A stretch of 39,095 nt of DNA from positions 1 to 39,095 of the IMG/VR virus record IMGVR_UViG_3300016665_000018. One strand, written 5' to 3'. The notes under the pieces are model-generated. The model was given only the letters and a program-made list of their open reading frames with translations, ran no database searches and had not been told where the DNA came from. Source of the stretch: a virus. Its lineage: Duplodnaviria; Caudoviricetes. A program made the position numbers and the translations under genes. Below, in pieces: positions 35,101-39,095 of this stretch; position 1 is the stretch's first letter; each line of letters starts with the position of its first letter.

Positions 35101-37718
35101 AAAAATACGGCATTAACTTTGGTGATTTGTTTATTCAAAACAATGCTTTGCGTACCGAAAAAGATGTAGAGAATTTTGTTAACTATGCAATGGCACAGGT
35201 TGGATGGTATCCACAGAATCCAAAGCCAGAGATTGCCAAGATGTTTAATGACCGATTTGGTCAGGTATCTACCCTACGTTCACTTGGTTTAAGTGAGCAA
35301 GAGATTAGCGAAGCTCTTATAGTCAATGCTGCCAAGGAGATGCGCTATGTATTCCACGGCAGTGGTACAGCATTCAATAACGACCTATTAAAACTTATTC
35401 AAGATAAGCTATGGGATGCTAAGCAAAAAGTTGGCAAGAGTTCTTACTATCAAGAAAAGAAAATGCTTGAGCGTGAGGCTGCTGGTCAACCATCTGAGAT
35501 AGTATCAAAGGCTGAATTAAAGCGTCGTCGTGATTGGGAAAGAAAACAAGTAAGACCGTCTACCCAAATTGGTAATATAACCTTTGAAGAATTTGAAAAG
35601 GCTACTGTTAACTATCCTATTAAGGGTCAGATTCAAACTGATATTAACTTTGAAGACCTTGAGATATTGCCTAAGAACGGTTTTGTTGACCGAACAATGA
35701 TTAAAGGTTACGAATGGATGGACCGTCAGGTTAATGATGTTATCCGTTCAGATGTATACCGCCTTAAAGTACTGGATGAGCGCCGTAAATTAATGCCTGA
35801 CCAGGAGATGTTAGAGAAGACTCTTATTCAAAATGGTTCTGACCCAGATATAGCTAAGATTCAAGCTGCAGGTATTATGGCTAACCAAGCTAGACACAAT
35901 GCTGCTAATACAATTTTAAAGTATGTAGATAATCCAGAGCTACGTTCACAGCTTGCATTTAATATGCGAGTAGTAGGACGCTTTATTCGTGCTACCGAAG
36001 ACTTTGCCAAGAGAGCAATTCGCTGGGTAGCCCGTCATCCAGATTCTATTCCTTGGAAGTTGGGTCATTTAAGCCACGCTACTGATGGTAGTGGTATTAC
36101 ATATGAAGACCAAGATGGAAATATCTATGTAGTTATTCCTAATGATGGTATCTTCTGGCAAGATGTAGCACCAGCAATTGCAATGTTAATGAACCCAGCA
36201 TATGCAGTTCCAATGGCAGGTAAGAGCTTAGCCTCTGGCGACTGGGGATTCTTTAAGCAGGCTGAGTGGAATCAATACACAATGAAGGTATCTTTACTTA
36301 ACCCTTCATATTCAGAAGGTGCGGGTATCTATACCTTTACTGGTCCTAATATGGCTATACCTGTAGCTGGTATTCGTGATTTACTTGTAGGTATTGGCGT
36401 TAATTTAGATAATAAAAATATCTATAATTTTGGTTTATCGTTAGATAATATTCTACTTGGTGAAGTTAGCGATGATACAGACCTTTGGAGAGCAACTATT
36501 CCACCAGCTATAGCTAACTTCTTTAAGGCTATGGTAGGAGAATACAAAGATACCCAGGGTGCTATTGCTGCATATCAAGCTATTAGCTATATGCAATACA
36601 ACCCAGAAACAGCTAAGACGCCTGAAGACTTCTTGAATGATAAGGGTGAATATGACCCAGCTAAGACACAAGAGTTCTTAGATGAATGGCGTATTCAGAC
36701 CGCTAACGTATTAGCACAGAAGGCTGCTTTTAATACTATCTTCGGTGCACCATTGTCACTAGGTGCCCCAGATATTCCTGGTTATATGCGAGATAATCAG
36801 ACCGTCACCCTTACAAAAGAATATGGAGATATTCTCAGAGGGCTATTGCAGTTTAACCAGGAGAATGGTTTTATTCTTCAAGACCCATATTCTGTGGCTG
36901 TATCTCTACACGCACAGTACAGACCTGGCAAGTTAATCTTCCAAGTTTCTAAGAACTTGAATGAATCAAAGACTGTTATTAACTACAGCAAGCAAACCTT
37001 AGATTGGGCTATTGACAATAAGGGCTTTATTGAAAAGTATCCTACAGCTGCTTGGATATTTGCGCCTAACATTGGCGAGTATGACCCAAAGGTTATGAAG
37101 TATATGCAAGCTGCTGACCTATTGCCACCAGATGATAACCCATTTGATTGGAATAACCAAGCACTTAAAGAATACATTGAGCGTACAGCAACTGCTAAGT
37201 TAATATCTGAATACTATCAATATGATAAAGATGTAGATAGATTGCTTAATGACCCTAATAATCCTAACAGAAACTTTGTTGATTATCGTAAAGAGATTAG
37301 AGCAAAAGCTGATGCAGAGAAGCAGAAGCTATTAGACTCTAATCCTTTGCTTAAGAGTGTATTTGGTAATCGTGAATTTACACCACTAGAAGGTTTGCGT
37401 GATAGATTCTTAGAGCTTAAGAGCATAGTTAATAAAGAGGAATATCCAAAAGAACTATCTAAAACTAACCGTGAATTACTTAAGACCCTAGTTAGAGCAT
37501 CTAACCAGCTATTGATAGCAGCTGAAAGCAGCACTATTGATAATCAATATATGGGTAATACAGTATTAGAGCAGCAATTAACTGCAGCATATGAACGTTT
37601 TAATAATCTTGCTAGCACAAATGCAATACTTAGTGAGGCTTGGCAAGGAATTATTCGTCCATTGTTAGACAAAGTTTACAATACTCCACTTAGAAATGTA
37701 AGAAAGCCTGGTGAGTAA
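32163..37718 (+). CDS. Very large (1851 aa) putative internal virion/ejection protein
   Basis: Uninterrupted, mostly helical ORF in the head module of a genome without a tape-measure gene; FYVDPLTYMTMGG hydrophobic motif. Confidence 0.6.
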   Translation: MSLQDFIPVTVDVETLQNSPELIQVRTAGNWTPEENTYLQSLSKIMNLNTFLSSDPDLRTARDTFARLDPAIQQALVEINPEAEYARPDKNFLQKVFSKENNYLLQLISDPLRTLGKAADAWIGGVENTALNVLQAKDKALQVGAAVLGQPGALEKVTSAEFWKDGWNGYNKWNQEGIQKLDEEYDTATGVLARGILDGKSDYEIFKEYGVIDDAMAEAYFKRGTPEFEEILARYRAKKINLGTLINDWANGFAPYKENPTTIDTVRDTLASTVLSIGGIRGVKRNEKTGEFETEKLFGQGFGDPSTGLDIAATFYVDPLTYMTMGGSRSISAMKAARTGEELANAVNLNTKIQKLNDLFVDPQWVAKNESFIQDFDQYRTALEKKETINAANARLKISLDHPEYDDDVLLGILAKSTVKKEGDEVPITDLDTFKSFLTTGEYTNYIINGRVNNLLTMREESVALQNRQRRMVNGARSYAAKVFQGLDRDVVIGKKPMKDEVVNNWQQLEEQILKRPTILPNEAVTPQALAEIERNEALLQSLTKPKKYQGKELKRAFGELLARMPSSGAQIFWSDALVDKGLPFFRDYARLVTGDKMRAEFLTQLYKKSSVTDRINIMYNLDKIYLDSIGAAFTAEGLNYRNTVLQSRYMPDKTASIVDYTIETSDVFKKFDDINPVPPGPSQLFHTTEGVTLLQFDTIIKDIYDKIGGMRGAVKAKYGKTPVYKDLIKKIGYMGYIGSTNGSFSRAINRGFSFALLFPKLGIKAAFDEATVLANVTTPAMLFDLLYGKGRQLTNINTAITGSNMSQGFLKEKFLDVIGRNPAKFRSAQQRRMDREMKEVQTTFVDPDTGEMVVQTERITAEEFFGMSPEEYLVRGAIDKYGSKLSKEDIDFLIEDYMLDGSAADAMVGSIIGATFGEAVTEANLAKQMYGASPLTQAIEARGLEILGKPVWDQFNKLKTAERTLAHYRYFYLLFAKNEKYGINFGDLFIQNNALRTEKDVENFVNYAMAQVGWYPQNPKPEIAKMFNDRFGQVSTLRSLGLSEQEISEALIVNAAKEMRYVFHGSGTAFNNDLLKLIQDKLWDAKQKVGKSSYYQEKKMLEREAAGQPSEIVSKAELKRRRDWERKQVRPSTQIGNITFEEFEKATVNYPIKGQIQTDINFEDLEILPKNGFVDRTMIKGYEWMDRQVNDVIRSDVYRLKVLDERRKLMPDQEMLEKTLIQNGSDPDIAKIQAAGIMANQARHNAANTILKYVDNPELRSQLAFNMRVVGRFIRATEDFAKRAIRWVARHPDSIPWKLGHLSHATDGSGITYEDQDGNIYVVIPNDGIFWQDVAPAIAMLMNPAYAVPMAGKSLASGDWGFFKQAEWNQYTMKVSLLNPSYSEGAGIYTFTGPNMAIPVAGIRDLLVGIGVNLDNKNIYNFGLSLDNILLGEVSDDTDLWRATIPPAIANFFKAMVGEYKDTQGAIAAYQAISYMQYNPETAKTPEDFLNDKGEYDPAKTQEFLDEWRIQTANVLAQKAAFNTIFGAPLSLGAPDIPGYMRDNQTVTLTKEYGDILRGLLQFNQENGFILQDPYSVAVSLHAQYRPGKLIFQVSKNLNESKTVINYSKQTLDWAIDNKGFIEKYPTAAWIFAPNIGEYDPKVMKYMQAADLLPPDDNPFDWNNQALKEYIERTATAKLISEYYQYDKDVDRLLNDPNNPNRNFVDYRKEIRAKADAEKQKLLDSNPLLKSVFGNREFTPLEGLRDRFLELKSIVNKEEYPKELSKTNRELLKTLVRASNQLLIAAESSTIDNQYMGNTVLEQQLTAAYERFNNLASTNAILSEAWQGIIRPLLDKVYNTPLRNVRKPGE

Positions 37719-39095
37719 TGACTCCTCCCAAGATAGCAAAAGGTAGTCCTAGACCAAAGCGTGCAGATTATCCCAAAGGCACAAAAGGTGACAGCCAATT
37801 TATAGCTGATGTTGAAAAGTGGAATAAATTAAATGGCACCCCAGCTAATACAGCAGGTGCACCATCTGTTACTCAGCAAGGTGTTGTAGCTACTGAGCCT
37901 GTAGAAAGTGATACAAGAGTACAGACAGATAAAAATAGAACTGACTGGAATGTCTTTACAGACGGTACACTTAACTACCAACAAGGTGATGCAACTGTAG
38001 GCACTACACCTTATGTCACAGCTAGATTAAAAGAATACGGTGAAGCACCGACTTCTGTTGTTATTCTTCCATCTGGTGATGGCAAAGGGTTTAAACTTAT
38101 ACCAACAGAGGTATTGCTGGACAGGGTTATTAAAGATATAGCCCGCGACCCAGCCAACCTTAAGGTCTGGAAGACACAGTTAAAAGATTATTACAGGTCT
38201 GATGATGCGTTTCAACGCTCACTTAGTGGCGGTCCAATAACGGACAAAGATGTAGATTTTATCTTTGCATTAAAATCTGCACTTGGACAGATAAGCGCTA
38301 ACAACCTTTCAGCTGGTACTGAAACTGCATTGCAGGGTATTTTTGACAGCTCTAACTTTTATGATGTTAACTCTTGGGTTAAGAGCAGAATGCCTTTGCC
38401 AGGGCGACAGAGCTCAAGTACTTCTACTAGAAACTTTACTAAGAAATCTGATGCTATCGCAGACTTTATGCGTGAGGTTCAGATACAAGTAGGCGACCCT
38501 AAGCTAGTAGATAATGTTAAAGACTTAGCAGAAGCCTACTGGGAAAAAGTTCAGTCTGAAGAAATGAAGCGTATGGGTAAAAGTACTTCGGTATATGACC
38601 CCATTACTGGTAAGACTGTCAGTACTAGCACGGGTTTTGCTATGCCATCTGAAGCATTGCTTAAAGAATGGCGTATTAGCTTTATTACTAAAGGTGCAAT
38701 AAGTAAAGATAAAGTTATTTCTACTGGTATTCGTAATGTTAAACCAATAGATTTGCAAGATGCTGGCGGTGACATAGGAGATAACTACACCAAACTTAAA
38801 GGTTATGCCTATGAATATGGTGTAAGACTTAGCGATGATGACCTTAAGACTAAAGCAGCAGAAGCAAGTTTGCCTGGTGGTTCTTTAGAAGAACAGCGCA
38901 GAACTATTCAGTTAGCATCACGTGCTACATATAAAGCATTAGCACCTTACATTGAAGGTGGATTAAAGGTTAAAGATATAGCTAATAACTTTATGAAGAT
39001 GAAGGTAGATGAACTTGAGTTGATGGATGGAGCTATTGATATCTTTGATACAGATGTTCAAGCTGCATTAAGCGGCGATAAGTTGCCAGGTTATA
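37718..39095 (+). CDS. Putative internal virion protein, ~497 aa after joining to 173-288 (missing from ORF track)
   Basis: ATG overlaps the upstream TAA; open to the window end (MTPPKIAKGSPRPKRADYP...). Confidence 0.85.
   Translation, partial: MTPPKIAKGSPRPKRADYPKGTKGDSQFIADVEKWNKLNGTPANTAGAPSVTQQGVVATEPVESDTRVQTDKNRTDWNVFTDGTLNYQQGDATVGTTPYVTARLKEYGEAPTSVVILPSGDGKGFKLIPTEVLLDRVIKDIARDPANLKVWKTQLKDYYRSDDAFQRSLSGGPITDKDVDFIFALKSALGQISANNLSAGTETALQGIFDSSNFYDVNSWVKSRMPLPGRQSSSTSTRNFTKKSDAIADFMREVQIQVGDPKLVDNVKDLAEAYWEKVQSEEMKRMGKSTSVYDPITGKTVSTSTGFAMPSEALLKEWRISFITKGAISKDKVISTGIRNVKPIDLQDAGGDIGDNYTKLKGYAYEYGVRLSDDDLKTKAAEASLPGGSLEEQRRTIQLASRATYKALAPYIEGGLKVKDIANNFMKMKVDELELMDGAIDIFDTDVQAALSGDKLPGY
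38924..39095. repeat. Terminal direct repeat, right copy
   Basis: Matches 1-172 with one mismatch. Confidence 0.97.

Noticed and set aside
32163-37718. Virion RNA polymerase (N4- or crAss-type) or tape-measure protein
   Set aside because: No DxDxD or T7-type motifs seen (EDQDGN is not convincing), and no tape-measure repeats or tail chaperone context; a structure search is still advisable

Overview
An apparently complete, circularly assembled dsDNA tailed-phage genome of 38,923 bp. Positions 38924-39095 repeat 1-172 with one mismatch. A WhiB gene, a DUF4192-like gene, AGAAAGG/AAGGAG ribosome-binding sites and AT-leaning composition (judged by eye) suggest a low-GC actinobacterial host such as freshwater acI/Nanopelagicales (inference). 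The + arm (27841 through the junction to 15713) encodes terminase with an N-terminal HTH, portal, three large putative internal virion proteins, scaffold, capsid, a run of tiny Lys-rich genes, podovirus-like adaptor/fibre/nozzle genes, a glycosyltransferase and lysis genes. The - arm (26986 to 15809) encodes small early genes (SSB-like OB fold, Zn ribbons, SLT transglycosylase, DUF4192, DUF932), exonuclease, DnaB-like helicase, resolvase, split primase, sigma factor and WhiB. I found no DNA polymerase, integrase, tRNA or CRISPR. The most unusual signals are non-coding: (1) intergenic hairpins exposing anti-Shine-Dalgarno loops, one perfectly complementary to an extended RBS (AAGGAGACTAA) reused by many early genes; (2) a hairpin-saturated, GACAG-rich ~850-bp region between the arms, next to the SSB-like gene and containing a perfect CRP box; (3) a pseudoknotted leader upstream of the scaffold gene. 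All protein calls come from motif recognition and synteny, without database searches.
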